64,000 nucleotides of DNA from Octopus vulgaris (GCA_951406725.2 OX597821.1:67766001-67830000); one strand, 5' to 3'; counted from the stretch's first letter, positions 13,835 to 28,678 are shown. The notes: generated by a model from the letters alone, not told the origin. Numbers and translations: made by a program.

Positions 13835-14006
13835 CAGATATACGACGGTCTTCTTTCAGTTTCCGTCTACCAAATCCACTCACAGGGCTTTGGTTGGCTC
13901 GAGGCTACAGTAGAAGGCTCTTGCCTAAGGTGCCACGCAGTGGAACTGAACACGGAGCCATGTGGTTGGTAAGCAAGCTACGTACCAGACAGCCATTCCT
14001 GGGCCT
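13537..14006 (-). mobile_element. SINE family B, near full length
   Basis: Same architecture as 3850-4333; internal (CA)n(TA)n. Confidence 0.9.
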
Positions 14007-15370
14007 ATAATGTTGTACTTCTTTGGTGAAACCCCCTAAAAAAGTTCAAGTTTTAGATCTGCTTCGAGTATTAAAATGATTGAGAACCTCAACTGTGGTG
14101 TGTCCGATTGACAAGAAGGAAAAGCGTAACGCCTCTGACCTCACAGTCCACCCAATGATGCTTGATTTCAATACTTCAAATGTAAAAGTAAGTAGACAGC
14201 TGTTTAGAACATCATTCACAAGCGAATCTCACCTGAATAACCATCACTTGGGATAAAGTTAAATCTACTAGAAACTTACACATATATGTCACTTCTCTAT
14301 GGTTCCAAACTGAGATAAATTTGCTGAATGTGGCCTCGTTAACTGCGACATAAATAATATTTCAATTCTAGCTGGCGCAAAAAAAAAAAACTTGCCAAAC
14401 CTGCCCACATACAGGTTCCACCATTATCTCATCTCTTAAATCGGTAACTTCGTCTCGGATCGCATTTTATAACCGATTCGTCTATGAAGGCCCTAGCTGA
14501 TGCAACTATTTCTGACACAGATTCTATCAACTCTGGGCTGCACCAAGATTTGCTTTTCCCCGCATACTTTCCTCTATACATCATTGATATTTTGGGGGCC
14601 AGCTCGCGGCCTTTCAACCTATATATATATCGCACCAAATCTGCTCTGAGTCAATATAGATTGACACCAAAAAATTTACTTCAGGGAAGACATGCTACTG
14701 TTGTCTACTTAAAGACAAATGAATACAAGACATTTTTGTCTTACTTCACATATTTGAACATGAACATCTTGCGACCAAACTCCTCACAGTCGCTCCAAAA
14801 CTGACCGTCACAATCATTGAGAGTCTTTCATAGTGAACGCATATCGTTAATATGTGTAAGATTGTAAATCAAAGAGCTGTCATGTCTTTCTGTTCAAAAG
14901 TAGGATATATCCTTCATCATCCATCAAATAGAAATATTCTAGAAAGCCCAAGTGAAAACTTCAACAGACTTCTGCTCTGAAATCTTCGATGATAGAACTG
15001 CTACAGCACACTCATACGCGCGCGCACAAACACACACAAACACACACGCAAACACACACAAACCCTCTCACGAACATGCAAACATACATGCATACACGAA
15101 CACACTTTGGACTGCATCTAGTGATTGGCATAAATCATGACAATGACATGCAAAATCCTGGCTTACGGACATGTTGTTTCCATTCTTTCATGTTTCTACC
15201 ACTACTACAATGGCCTCGTATTCTAAGAGATGGCTTGTTTCATGCTATTCCCACCCAAACACACTTGAATCGCTTGATTTCATCTCATTTTCCTTGTTTT
15301 ACTCAGCCCTTAGCCTCGCACTAATATTTCTATTCATTCCGCCCACTTCGGTATTCAGCTCTTTCGAAAG

Positions 15371-15930
15371 GCAATGACGAAAGACCGAGACCTCTGGAGA
15401 TATGCTGTGACTGCGAAGACCCGACAAATAAAGTGAGTTCACGGCTGTATCCTACACCAGTTTCGCATAACCAGCCCCAGCCCATTTAAGAGTACCTTGG
15501 ATCGTAAGACAACTTGCTGTGCTTACCTTAGATCGTAGAGCGACCTGCTGTGCTTGAGGAAACCTATTGAGACAAGTACATCAACATCAAAATAAAAATC
15601 AAATGGAAATTGTTGTCGTGATACCCGTGCCGGTGGCACGTAAAAAGCACCATCCAAGCGTGCCCGATGCCAGCGCCGTCTTGACTGGCTTCCGTGCCGG
15701 TGGCACATAAAAAGCACCAACCTATCGTGGCCGTTGCAAGGCTCCTCTGGCCCGTGTGCCGGTGGCACGTAAAAAGCACCTACTACATTCACGGAGTGGT
15801 TGACGTTAGGAAAGGCATCCAGCTGTAGAAACACTGTCAGATCAGACTGGAGCCTGGTGCAGCCTCCTGGCCTCCCAGACCCCGGTCGAACTGTCCAACC
15901 CATGCTAGCATGGAAAACGGACGTTAGAAG
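15371..15930 (+). mobile_element. 3' end of an RTE-type LINE (ORF end plus structured 3' UTR)
   Basis: AMTKDRDLWRYAV..* resembles the RTE C-terminal DRxxWR motif; the UTR has three cgtgccggtggcacgtaaaaagcacc motifs. Confidence 0.65.
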
Positions 15931-17282
15931 GTGCAGTCATTCAACAACAGCATCAATCTTGTCAATGACAGAATGACAACGCAGGCCATGAGGACTGGCC
16001 CTTGTTTCACACATTGCTAAAAGATAAAGACGATCGATCTCATAGAGCTTCCCCTCAATGGTTGTTCTAGTTGTTAGTTTCTGTTGATGTCGTTGTTGTT
16101 CTTGATATCTTTGATATCGTGTTATCTCTGGTCCGGCGGATTAGTTGTCAAAGGAAATATCTGATTATGGGGCGGTCACGACTGGAATGCATTTAATGAT
16201 ATATATGCAGCTATAAAACAAAAACAACTACAATTTTTTCTTATCATTATGCCAGTCTTTAACACTGTGTGGAAGGATATGCTGTAGCTCAGTCAGGAAG
16301 AAAGACCAGTTACCCTACTATTTAAATCATCACCCTACTGAGAGTGGTAGATGGACAGAGAGAATATTCATCTTGGATGCCAGTAAGTCAAGGAAAAATT
16401 GAGGAACGAAAGTGTAGATACTGGGCTTTCCACGAGCTACAAAGTATAACCCTTAAAATCTATCGGAACCCTAATGATTTGGACAATATATGCATAGATA
16501 TATAAATTATATGAGTCAGTCAAAATTGAAATGTCTTTGGCGAATGTTTTGCACGATCAGGTCTGGCCTGGGACCAAAAGCAGAACACTAATAGCAACAA
16601 TGTAGATAGTGAGGTATTTCCCAATTGTTGATATGCTGAACAAGGGAATGTGTAAATCACTGAGAGTGGATCTTAAGATTAAGATATGGCCGTGGCTATG
16701 ATTCGAATAGTCGTGGGTGTACAGGGTGTATCTGAGTGGACATGATTTGTAACTAGTTAGTTCAAAGGAGACAATATTTAGCTACTGAGACAGAGAGAGA
16801 TTCTGCATTAATTGCGATACCTCTTCGTAAATATTACCTTCGCTTTGTTCGAGTAATAAAATATGTTGAAATCCAACTTCAAAAGACTTATATTGATTAT
16901 ACTTTGTTCACGAAATATGCAGATATGGACGTAGGTTGTGAATTATGTGTTTGTTTTGTGTTACAAATTCTTACCATTACTTCAGTGATTAGTTACCTTT
17001 ATGATCACACAAAACGTAGCTTGACGATTGATGAATAAATATCTTACTTGGCAGACAAAAGCGTTAGAAAAATATTTTAATAGACTTCATCAATTCTCTT
17101 AAAACCAGCTCAACGACAGGACCGGGATGTAATGCTGTCATTGTTCTAAAATCAAGGAAAATGTCCGCCGAGCAAAATCCTTTAAATTACAAAATAAAAG
17201 AAACAAACTGTTTCTAATTGCTGGAATATTTCCAGCATATTCATTGAAACCGGTATTGAAACAGCTAATCAATTTACAAGAG

Positions 17283-17470
17283 ACGTAGTCGTTCAATCTA
17301 CTAGACATATCTACTAAATCTCTCCCAAATCATACACCGCTGTCTTAAAAGAGGGTGGACACATTGTATAATTCGTTTTTTATTCTCATTACTTTTTTAT
17401 AAAAAAGACAATACGGGTTGTTATGACTGAAATGCCTTTGATGTAAATGTCTCGGGGCTTTACAACAATA
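17283..17470 (+). repeat. Repeat family E copy
   Basis: ctactagacatatctactaaatctctcccaaatcatac...gactgaaatgcctttgat...ggggctttacaacaa. Confidence 0.5.
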
Positions 17471-18167
17471 GAAATAATTACAAATGAAGTAGAACAGCCA
17501 AGTTATTATAGACCCCTACATTTCAACCGGAGTAACTTAATTAAAGTTATCAATTATGAAAAATTATACCAATTCTTGGAATAATTCATCCAAATTTAAT
17601 TAATAGATTTTTTTCTCACTGGCCAATGCTGAATAGCACAGCCCTTTCAATAATTTGTCGAGTTCTTAAGTGTCTTTTCCGATTTAGCTATACTAGTGAA
17701 TTTCGGACGGGGCACCCATTCCTTTTCAAGTTTCCCATCCCGTGAAAACGTACATTAACTTCTCTTCTTTTTCCTCATAAAACAACTGATCCTCTTCAGC
17801 ACGATATTTAGCTATTAGCGGTGGACAAAGCACCAATGTAACACCGACATCATTTCGAAGTTTCAAAATGCCCGTTTCGTGATGTAATGATTGAGTAACT
17901 TCTTGGACGGAAATTATCAGATTTCCAGCATATTCTTACAGTAGGTAGTAGAACTCAAATATACTCTGTAATGGATATATTTATAATAAGGTTTCCTATT
18001 TGGAATCACTGCAGAATGTTTGCTTATGCAGAAACTATGGGCTCTAAATTGATTGAACAATATTTATTTTGCTGCATTTAATCAGCGAAATCACCATGCA
18101 AAATGCTTCTGAAACTGGTTAAAGAAGTATTCCAAATCTTGTTAATACTAACAAACCTTTCCCAGCA

Positions 18168-18284
18168 GCCATTGTGATCCCATTCTTCGAAGCTGCTATG
18201 ATCCCATTCTTCGAAGCCGCTGTGATCTCATCCTTTGAAGCCGCTGTGATCCCATCCTTCGAAGCCGTTATGATCCCATCCTTC
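18168..18284. repeat. 24-bp minisatellite, ~5 units (gccgctgtgatcccatccttcgaa)
   Basis: Direct reading of tandem units. Confidence 0.93.
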
Positions 18285-20047
18285 CTAACAGTGAATTAAA
18301 AAATGGTACAATTTGTTTATGCCAAGTCAACAACACTTTTCTCGAGGAGTGGTTGCCTTCAAGATTACTCTAACAACAAAAAGCGGTGTGATTCATAAAC
18401 ACGACGATGAAATTATGAAGAAACTTCCTGATAATACTGAGAAGGATATATTAGAGAGTAGAATATCAAATTGTTGTTTATACCAAGAATTGTTTGAATT
18501 AATTCCCGTACAAGTTCTCTCTCTCTCTTCACATTAGCTAAAATCAAGATAAGAGCTTTAGTAATGCTTCTCCGAACCTGAGAACCAAAGAAATGACCAC
18601 TGCTATGGTATTCCATTGACGGTCTAACTCTACTGGCCGTTTATGGACCATGAACAAACTAAGCGGCATTTATCCAACAAACATGAGAGTATTTGTTGGT
18701 CAAAGTGAATTCAACTGCTTAGCCAAAAAGACACATCATACCGATAGAAACCGAACATTGAGTGAGAGCGTTGTTTATGAAGACGGCATCTCAGTGAATG
18801 TAAATACTGTAGATTTATAAAATGAGTTTGCATAATATGCAATAACATAACTTTACACGGTTTTAGTTTAAATAATACTAAGAGATTATTTATTAAGCTG
18901 TCTAAGAAAGAAAACGTAATTTTCAACAATTTATCACATAACATAACAACTAATATGGCATCTACTTTTCTGAAAATTCGAATAGAGTTAAAGTTAATAA
19001 GTTTCGGATTCTTTCAAAGACTCTATATGTTTAGATTTGACATAATTCATACTGAAGGTAGACTATCAAATGAATATTAAATGCACAAAAAATTAAATTT
19101 ATGATTTTGCATTTTTGATATCAGCAAAGCAACGGACATCAGGCTATTGATAAATAACTCTTTTTATCGTGAGCACCCATCCAAAAACATGCAAGAGGGT
19201 CTACTCTTGACCAGTACTTTATTTTATTGATCTCACAAGAATAGAAAGTGAAGATCAACTTGTTGAGATTGTAACTGCGAAGGAAACCATTTGTATGTGA
19301 ATAGTGCATTTGGACACTCCAACAATTTAAACAATCCAACACCTTTAAAGTGATGAACGATAACAACTAAAGTGATAATTTCTTTTTAAAAAGCTTTTAA
19401 AAGAAGCACTATGATGGCAATTCTTCCGCAGCCCTCACCAGCATCTTAGAAAAGAAAACATTTAATAACGTATAATTAAATTGATTAATATTGAAAGCAG
19501 ATTTGTTAGCTATAATTGAACCGTGTTTGATCAGTTAAGTCTTGTGTGGAGCTAAACATTAAGAACAAAAACGTTCTTTCCTCTTTCTTCGACGAAGGAC
19601 CCTGTTCAAAGTATCACAATATAGATCCTGTCAGGGCCCATATACAAACCTTATTACTGAATACGTTAACTTTGACACATTAAAACACAACACGAAATGC
19701 ATATCACTAAACCGTAAACAATTCTAGTAATATACTATTGACACATGAGAATTTAAAAAACTCTAATTAGTAACAAACTACAATTTTGTAAAGCCTCGAA
19801 CAAATTATTAATTATCGATATGATTAATCATATTAATTAATTATCAATATATTAACCATATTGATTAATTATCAATAAGATTTAAAAATTCGAGTGTAAG
19901 AATTGAGGGTTGTAAATTTCATGACAATAACTGTAATATTGACCAACCTAGTGCATCACTCTTCCGCGACCGCTATAAACATAATATAAGGAGTAAGTGA
20001 AAGAATTTACACCATAAAATGCAAACCAAAGCTACATCGGAGAGCAA

Positions 20048-20581
<534 letters not shown>

Positions 20582-21004
20582 CATAACAATTATTACTCGA
20601 CATAATTCCTCAAAAACATAAAAATAGGTGCTTAATGGAAACAATACTGAAACCACAAAGCTCTGCCAAAATGAACACACAGACCACATACACTGGTTAT
20701 AAACGAAAATAAACTTCTGACTTCTGATGTATAAATCTAGCGATCAGAACCTAAATTTTAGCCGAAATGACTACAACACATGTAAAAATGATTTTATCCT
20801 AAGCATGAGGCTCCGAAGGTCTAGAAACGCTGATTATGGATTTCGGAAGTTATCTCTTCCAAGGAACTTATACGAAAGGAACTACAAGGAACTTATACGA
20901 AAATTTGAAAAGCCTTGCTAAAAAAGAGGTATAACTACATGTTTCCTGTATTCAATGAAGGTCTAAAAGAAGTTTGGTTGCCATACACAGACCTGCGAGC
21001 GCAC

Positions 21005-21288
21005 ACTGCACTCACACACACACATACACACACAAACACAAATACATATGCATGGACACCAATAAATATATTCCTCTGTGTGTGTGTTTGCGTGTGCGTG
21101 TGTGCATATATATACATATAAATATATATATATACACATACACACACACACATATATATATACATATATACTCACATACATTTATATGTGTGTCTATAAA
21201 ATTATGTATATATATATATATATATATAGTTTAAATTTACAGATAAACAAAAGGCGAACACAACTGTATAAACAAGTATATATATTTA

Positions 21289-21325
<37 letters not shown>

Positions 21326-21332
21326 GTATATA

Positions 21333-21426
<94 letters not shown>

Positions 21427-21469
21427 TATAGACACACACATACACACTCGTGTTTTTGTGTGTGTGTGC

Positions 21470-21556
<87 letters not shown>

Positions 21557-21560
21557 TGCG
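21005..21560. repeat. Compound (CA)/(TA)/(TG) dinucleotide field
   Basis: Direct reading. Confidence 0.95.
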
Positions 21561-22734
21561 TATCCAGAATGATACCAACTCGAAAGAGGCAATTCAGAGT
21601 GGCAAGTCAACCAATCGTAGTTTTATGTTGTCGTTTTTTTTTTGACATGATCGTGAATAGAGACAAATTCTGTAGTGATTTTTAATAGAAAATAGCAACA
21701 AAAAAAAATAGAAGTAATGATAATTATTTCTTCGGTCTTCTTTCAAATGTTCAACATTTTTCCTAATGTCATCATAATATCACATCGTATCACATCATAT
21801 CACTTCATATGAGAAACAGCAGCTTAGCAACTAATTGATACGTTGCGTAACGACTTTACTTCATCTTCAAAGCTATTTTCTCTTTTTCTATCTTCTTTTC
21901 ATATCATCTCTCTTTCTGTTTTTATTTTCCTTCATTTTTTTTTGCTTTTATATTATTCATATTTCCATTCTATCTTTCTGTATTTCTTTTCCCTCGTTTG
22001 TGTTCTTATTCCAAGAATATTATCTCCATTTCAAAACATTTCTACTCTCAGTTTATTAAACCACCCTCCTTTCTCACTTATCCTTTCTTTTCCTCTACAT
22101 CTCTTACTCTTTTTACTCTTTAAACTCTTCCTTGCCCCCGCCATTCATTCCATATTCTTTCCTTCTTTTCTTCTTCCTTCGATTATCTTATCATTCGTTC
22201 TTTCTTCATTTTCAAAAGTGTCTAAATTTCGTAGTATATCTTTCACCCTTTCACCCTTTGCTTTCGTCTTCCTCTCTCATTCCTTTAATTTCTTTCTGTT
22301 CATCTTTTTCCTTTCCGTTTTTTTTTTCTTCTTTCCTCGTCGTTTATTGTGTTTCTCTGTCTGAGAATATTGTCTTCCAACGTGTAAATGGTACAACCTA
22401 ACCATCTCCCGTTATGTAGTAGATGTCAAATGCCGCATGTCAGATCCTAACCACAATACAACACAAACAATTTCGTTAATAAACAAAAGAAAGAAAAAAA
22501 ATAAACAAATAGTTGTCATGAAGAAACAGCATATAACAAACAAAACAAAAACTAAACACAAACATATACACATACACACAAACTGGCTTTTAATTCGCAG
22601 ACTAATTCAAGCAGGAGAAGTTCTAAACACGATATGTTGTTTCCGGTTAGAATTCGATTCAATAACTCAGAAATGGATTAGATGCTGAATATTTTATAAA
22701 TTTATAGGAATGGAATTAAAGATGGAAACACACA

Positions 22735-22773
<39 letters not shown>

Positions 22774-23209
22774 ACACTCACAACACAGAACATATACATG
22801 TATGTATGCGCGTATAAATATATGTAATGAAATTAAAATAAAATTGCCCCAAAATACAAAGAAAAAGAAATTTGTAAAGGAATTAACAGAAAGAAATGAA
22901 ATTTAAAAGTCAAAATAGAAAAAACAAACAAACAAATATTGTCATACGACAAGAAATTGAAGAAGAGCGAGAGAGAGAGAGGGAGAGAGAGTAGAGAGAA
23001 TAAAGAAGAAAAGCAGATAAGAAGGAAAAAGAAAGAGACCATGCAAGATAAGAGATGGTCGAACGTTAATCAACCTACGAAAGACAACAGCATTGTTTGT
23101 ATAAAGCCACACAGCTTTTTTTTTTGTGTGTGTGTGTGTATGATAGCAACCACTTTTTTTTTTTGTTTTCTTCTATTTCCGCTTCTGCTGCGTCTTTTAC
23201 TTCTATTTA

Positions 23210-23460
<251 letters not shown>

Positions 23461-23860
23461 TGAGCACGCTGGTCAAAATGCTTTACGGAATTTCGTCAAT
23501 CTTTACGTTCAGATTCCGCCGAGATCGACATTATCTTTCGTCCTTTCGGCGTCGATGAATTAAGTACCAATGAAACACTGGGGTCGATGTAGTCGATTTT
23601 TTCCCTCCCCCTCCCACTAAATTCCAAGCCTTGTTCCTTTACTAGAAAAGATTATTAAAAGTGGCTAGCTGGCAGAAATGTTAGCACGCCGGGCGAAATG
23701 CGTAGCCGTATTTCGTCTGCCGTTACGTTCTGAGTTCAAATTCCGCCGAGGTCGACTTTGCCTTTCATCCTTTCGGGGTCGATTAAATAAGTACCAGTTA
23801 CGCACTGGGGTCGATATAATCGATTTAATCCGGTTGTCTGTCCTTGTTTGTCCCTCTTTT
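23461..23860 (+). mobile_element. Two adjacent SINE-A copies (old-tail ~23461-23657; young, 3'-truncated 23661-23860)
   Basis: Both contain ttccgccgag..cctttcgg..gtcgat..aagtacca. Confidence 0.82.
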
Positions 23861-23864
23861 CCTC

Positions 23865-23988
23865 TGCTTCGAAACCATCCTGGCAACTAAACAAACCTCT
23901 CCTACTCTCTCTTCTGGACAAGTACAGTCTATCAGTACCACACTTACTGTCGAAGGCTTCGTGCACTGCTAATGTTTTTCTTGTCTTC
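23865..23988 (-). mobile_element. Short R4/Dong-type LINE coding fragment (post-RT region)
   Basis: KTRKTLAVHEAFDSKCGTDRLYLSRRESRRGL resembles the R4 motif KTRK..H...HPK.D.DRLY..R..GGRGL. Confidence 0.72.
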
Positions 23989-24193
23989 GCGATCAGAGAT
24001 GCACATATCCTCAGACACTAAGGGACATGCTCAACTGTTAAGGTCAAACAATTGACAAGTAAATCTGTGGTATTGAGCAGAATATTTGCAGTAGCCCATG
24101 TTTTATACCAAGACAAACATATACATGATGACACTTCCTATCAGCTAAGATCAAAAGCCATGAGAGCTACTGCCTGGGACTGCATCAGGGCAT
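23988..24193 (-). mobile_element. Element N, 5' ~205 bp
   Basis: Matches 26365-26571; same terminus ...tgcatcagggca|tttattatt. Confidence 0.88.
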
Positions 24194-24203
24194 TTATTAT
24201 TAT

Positions 24204-25051
<848 letters not shown>

Positions 25052-25054
25052 TTA

Positions 25055-25940
25055 TAGTGTTTATTTTTATAGCCTTCACTTCACTACCGAGCGAAGCTCT
25101 GTGTTCCTTGGGTATGTGCTGTGATTTGTTGTGATGCTCTGATGGTTATTGTATGGAAAGTGTTCTGCGTAGGATGTGTGCAGTGCCTAGTAGTGCAATT
25201 TTCTGTATGTTATATATGTTTGTAAGTCCTGGTATTTTTGTTATGTATTTGTCTGAATATTTTTTTATCATGCCTAATGCACCTACTATGATAGGAATTG
25301 TTTCTGTTTTTAGATTCCACATTCTGGTTACCTCTATTTCCAGGTCTTTGTATTTTGAAAGTTTCTCCATTTCTTTTAGAGACACGTTGCCATCTGCCGG
25401 TATTGATACATCAATTAGAAAGCATTTTTTTTCTTCATGATCTCTGACAACTATATCTGGTCTGTTGGCCTTAATTTCTCTATCTGTGTGTATCGGCATA
25501 TCCCAGAGTATGGTTGCTTTCTCGTTTTCTATGACCTTTTCTGGTGTGTGCCTATACCATCTTTTTTCTGTTTTTATTCCATAATGTTGGCATAGCTTCC
25601 AGTGTATGTAGGTTCCAACTCTGTCATGTCTGTGAATATATTCCTTCTTAGCCAGGACTGGGCAGCCAGAGATAATATGATTTATTGTTTCTTGTCCATC
25701 TCCACATATTCTGCAGTTACTTGTTATATTTCTTTTCATTACATGTTTTTGGTAATTTCTGGTGGGGAGGCTTTGGTCTTGTGCTGCAATTAAAAATCCC
25801 TCTGTCTCTGCTTTGAGTCCTGAGCTTCTCAACCATTGCTGGGATTTTTCTTTGTCTATTTCTTTTGCGTTTAGTTTAGTCCAGTATTTACCATGAAGGG
25901 GCTTTTCTAGCCATCGTTTTATCATGGTTCGTTGCTGTTC

Positions 25941-25941
<1 letters not shown>
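25055..25941 (-). mobile_element. R4/Dong-type LINE 3' fragment (family c), young, inserted in (TAA)n
   Basis: Open reading frame plus a short 3' UTR; pure (TAA)n tracts on both flanks. Confidence 0.95.
25146..25941 (-). pseudogene. Uninterrupted C-terminal ~265 aa of an R4-clade ORF: CCHC zinc knuckle plus PD-(D/E)xK restriction-like endonuclease (5'-truncated, no RT)
   Basis: CRICGDGQETINHIISGC, RHD, RPDIVV..IDVSIP..EKLSKYKDL, PIIVGALG. The N-terminus of track ORF 25146..26087 is only (TAA)n and element N. Confidence 0.93.
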
Positions 25942-26015
<74 letters not shown>

Positions 26016-26016
<1 letters not shown>

Positions 26017-26569
26017 GAGTGAGAGAGCAGTGCATGCCAACAAAGTGACAGTGGGGTAAAATATACAAAGCCCAGTAAATCCATCATGACTACCCGTCTG
26101 ATAAGGGTACACTAGACACATGCATCACAACCATAAGTGCGCGACATGGCGATCTCATATCAAGATAAACAGTACATGACCTTGCAGGTGGGGCCCAGTT
26201 AGAATTATCTCCTGGTAGAGTAACCAATCCCGCTCAATAGGTCCATGAATAAGGGTTGTTTAAGAAACTTGAACGAAACACCCATGTTTCCAGAGGTGAA
26301 TTATTCAAGCCCCAAAGAATCCCTCTCAACATATGGCTTTGATGCTCTCCCACTACTTCTGCTCGTGATCAGAGATGCACATATCGTCAGCCACTTAGGG
26401 ACATATTCAACTGTTAAGGTCAAACAACTGACAAGCAAATCTGTGGTATTGAGCAGAATATTTGCTGTAGCCCATCTTTTATACCAAGACAAAACAATGT
26501 ACATGATAACACTTCCAATCAGTTAAGATCAAAAGCCACGAGAGCCACTGCCTGGTACTGCATCAGGGC

Positions 26570-26571
<2 letters not shown>
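26016..26571 (-). mobile_element. Element N: ~555-bp non-coding retroposon-like element in (TAA)n, apparently full length
   Basis: (TAA)n on both sides; four copies or fragments in the window with shared termini; no credible ORF. Confidence 0.85.
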
Positions 26572-26641
<70 letters not shown>

Positions 26642-26644
26642 TAT

Positions 26645-27370
26645 TTTATTGTCTTTGCAGAGCTTCTAACACTGGAGGTGTCAGATGTTCACTACCAGTG
26701 AATTAAAGTAACACCCCTTATTTATTGAGCACCGTCCGGAGTATTCGAGCGGTTCCAAGTAGTGCTGTTTTCTGTAAGTATTCAACCCTTATTTCAGCCC
26801 CTATTTGTTCCATGTACTTCTCATGGTATTTTGGCTAACTGTTCGTAGGGCTCCGGCAATTGCTGGTACTACTACCACCTTTTTGAGAGACCACAACTGT
26901 TTAACCTCCCAAGCTAACCTGTCATATATATCGACTTTCTGTTCTTCCTTATCGCATACCTTGTTGTCAGCTGGGCATGCTATATCTATGATCCAGCATA
27001 GTTTGCTTTCTTTCTCAATTAACACTCTGTCTGGTATCCTATTCTCTGACTCATGGTAGCACTGAATAAAAATCTCTTAGGATCTTTGCATTATCATTTT
27101 CAATGGCGCCTTCGGGTTTATATTCGTAACACTCTTTTGCTCTGTCAAGTTCATACTTGTTGCAAAGTGTCCAATGGTCAATCCTTGCTATGTTGTCATG
27201 ATGCCTCTTATAATCTTTCTGGGCTAGTAGCGTACATTGACTGGTAATATGCCATACGGTTTCACCATTTTGTCTACGATTTCTGCATTTATCACATTCT
27301 GATGTGTTGTCTATTCTGTATTTGAGGTAATTTTTTCTTAATGCTTGCTCTTGGGTAACACAGAAGTCAT
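26645..27370 (-). mobile_element. R4/Dong-type LINE 3' fragment (family a)
   Basis: QEQALRKNY..CDKCR..ETVWHITSQC..LAQKDYKRHHD..WIIDIACP..YDRLAWEV; homologous to 9005-9387 and 9869-10530. Confidence 0.9.
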
Positions 27371-27594
27371 ATGCATGTCTCAAAGCTTGAGCCATGCAAG
27401 AGTAAGTTCATGCCGTAAACGAATTGCAAGTAGACAGCAGCAGCAGTAGCAGTAGGAAGAAAAGCAACTGCCAGTCTCACAAAAGAAGCAAGTTCTATAA
27501 ATGTTACTATTGTAAACTTGAAATCAGAGTGTACAGTTCGAACACGTATAATAGCGCAGTAACAAAAATATTGAAAAAAAAAACAATACATAAT

Positions 27595-27725
27595 AAATAA
27601 TAATAAAATGTCTTCAAATCTTCTGAAAGAATCCTAGACACCAATACTTAGCTTCGGGTTTGAAATTTACCAAATTAATCTAAGTATATATAAGATAATA
27701 TAAAATATAATACATATAATATAAT
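27595..27725 (+). repeat. ~130-bp near-identical direct repeat, copy 1
   Basis: aaaatgtcttcaaatcttctgaaagaatcctagac..acttagcttcgggtttgaaatttaccaaatta recurs at ~32390. Confidence 0.92.
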
Positions 27726-27829
27726 ATAGTATAATATAATATAATATAATATAATATGATATAATATAATATAATACAATATAATATAATGTAATCCCTA
27801 AAAACAGAATACTGCAAGACTTTACAGTA

Positions 27830-28400
27830 TAAATTTGTATGGGCTGACAAAATTTTCCACAGCAAAGAGAATGCTGTTTTGTAGAGTGTTTGGAGAATCT
27901 AGCTATGGAGAGAGCCGAGTTAATTGCTTAACACCCAAATCAAAATGCGAAATTTGCACCTTGTTCTTTCTCCGACTGACATAGCAAACACGAAAGAAAA
28001 CTATAGATAAATATCTGTGGAAATCTGTCCGTAGAGGAGAAAATGTACCTGCCGACCAGTTTCAGGTGAAGAAATAAATATGTAGTGAAGAAATAAATAT
28101 GTAGTGAAGAAATAAATTTCCAGGACGCGGGAACCCGAGCTCGTCTACAACAAGTACAAGATATTTGCGTGAATCGTCAGTCTAATTTTCCTGAATGCAC
28201 CAGTGTGGATTTGGGCAACTGCGACGGTTCAGCTTGGTATTAAAGTAGTTCTTTAATCGGTAGACAGGGAAAGTTTAGAGTTTCTACATGTTAAACCACC
28301 CGACTACATAGCTCCGAAATTTGTGATCTGCATAGTCGAACATGACAGGACATTTAGACAGGGATAATCAGGTATCTAACGTCTAGAAGCTAAAAGTTTT
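27830..28400 (-). pseudogene. Highly degraded Jockey/CR1-type LINE fragment
   Basis: Minus-strand FSLLWK..SAH resembles FPxxWKxAxVxP; a 19-bp tandem repeat lies at 28066-28118. Confidence 0.35.
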
Positions 28401-28678
28401 GTCCTCGAGCGTAAAGACCATTAGGGAGTCAATTAGTCAATTACAAGATCTCAGTAGGGTATAAACTCAAGAGAGAGAGAGAGAGAGAGCGAGAGCGATT
28501 GGAGAATAAATTGTTTAGCAAAGAGCAACAGAGAACAATAGAGTGCAGTAGAGCTAGCGAACAAATTTGGGGAAGTGATTAGGAAAAGCATTGCAGTCAG
28601 TATGGTCCATGGACAATGTCTTTCCAATGATAATACAATGTACCGGTCAAGTTATTTATATATAATCGACTTTTTCAA

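Noticed and set aside
13428-14095. hAT/Charlie-like MITE around SINE-B
   Set aside because: The ends only loosely resemble hAT TIRs and no 8-bp TSD was found
25942-26087. Hydrophobic N-terminus of the 313-aa ORF (apparent signal or TM segment)
   Set aside because: Derived from the end of element N plus (TAA)n read as poly-Ile; a chance in-frame fusion
26500-26571. U2 snRNA or hammerhead origin for the end of element N
   Set aside because: Only short scattered word matches (ctaagatcaa, cctggtactgca; CTGATGC rather than CTGATGA); no colinear alignment or complete core
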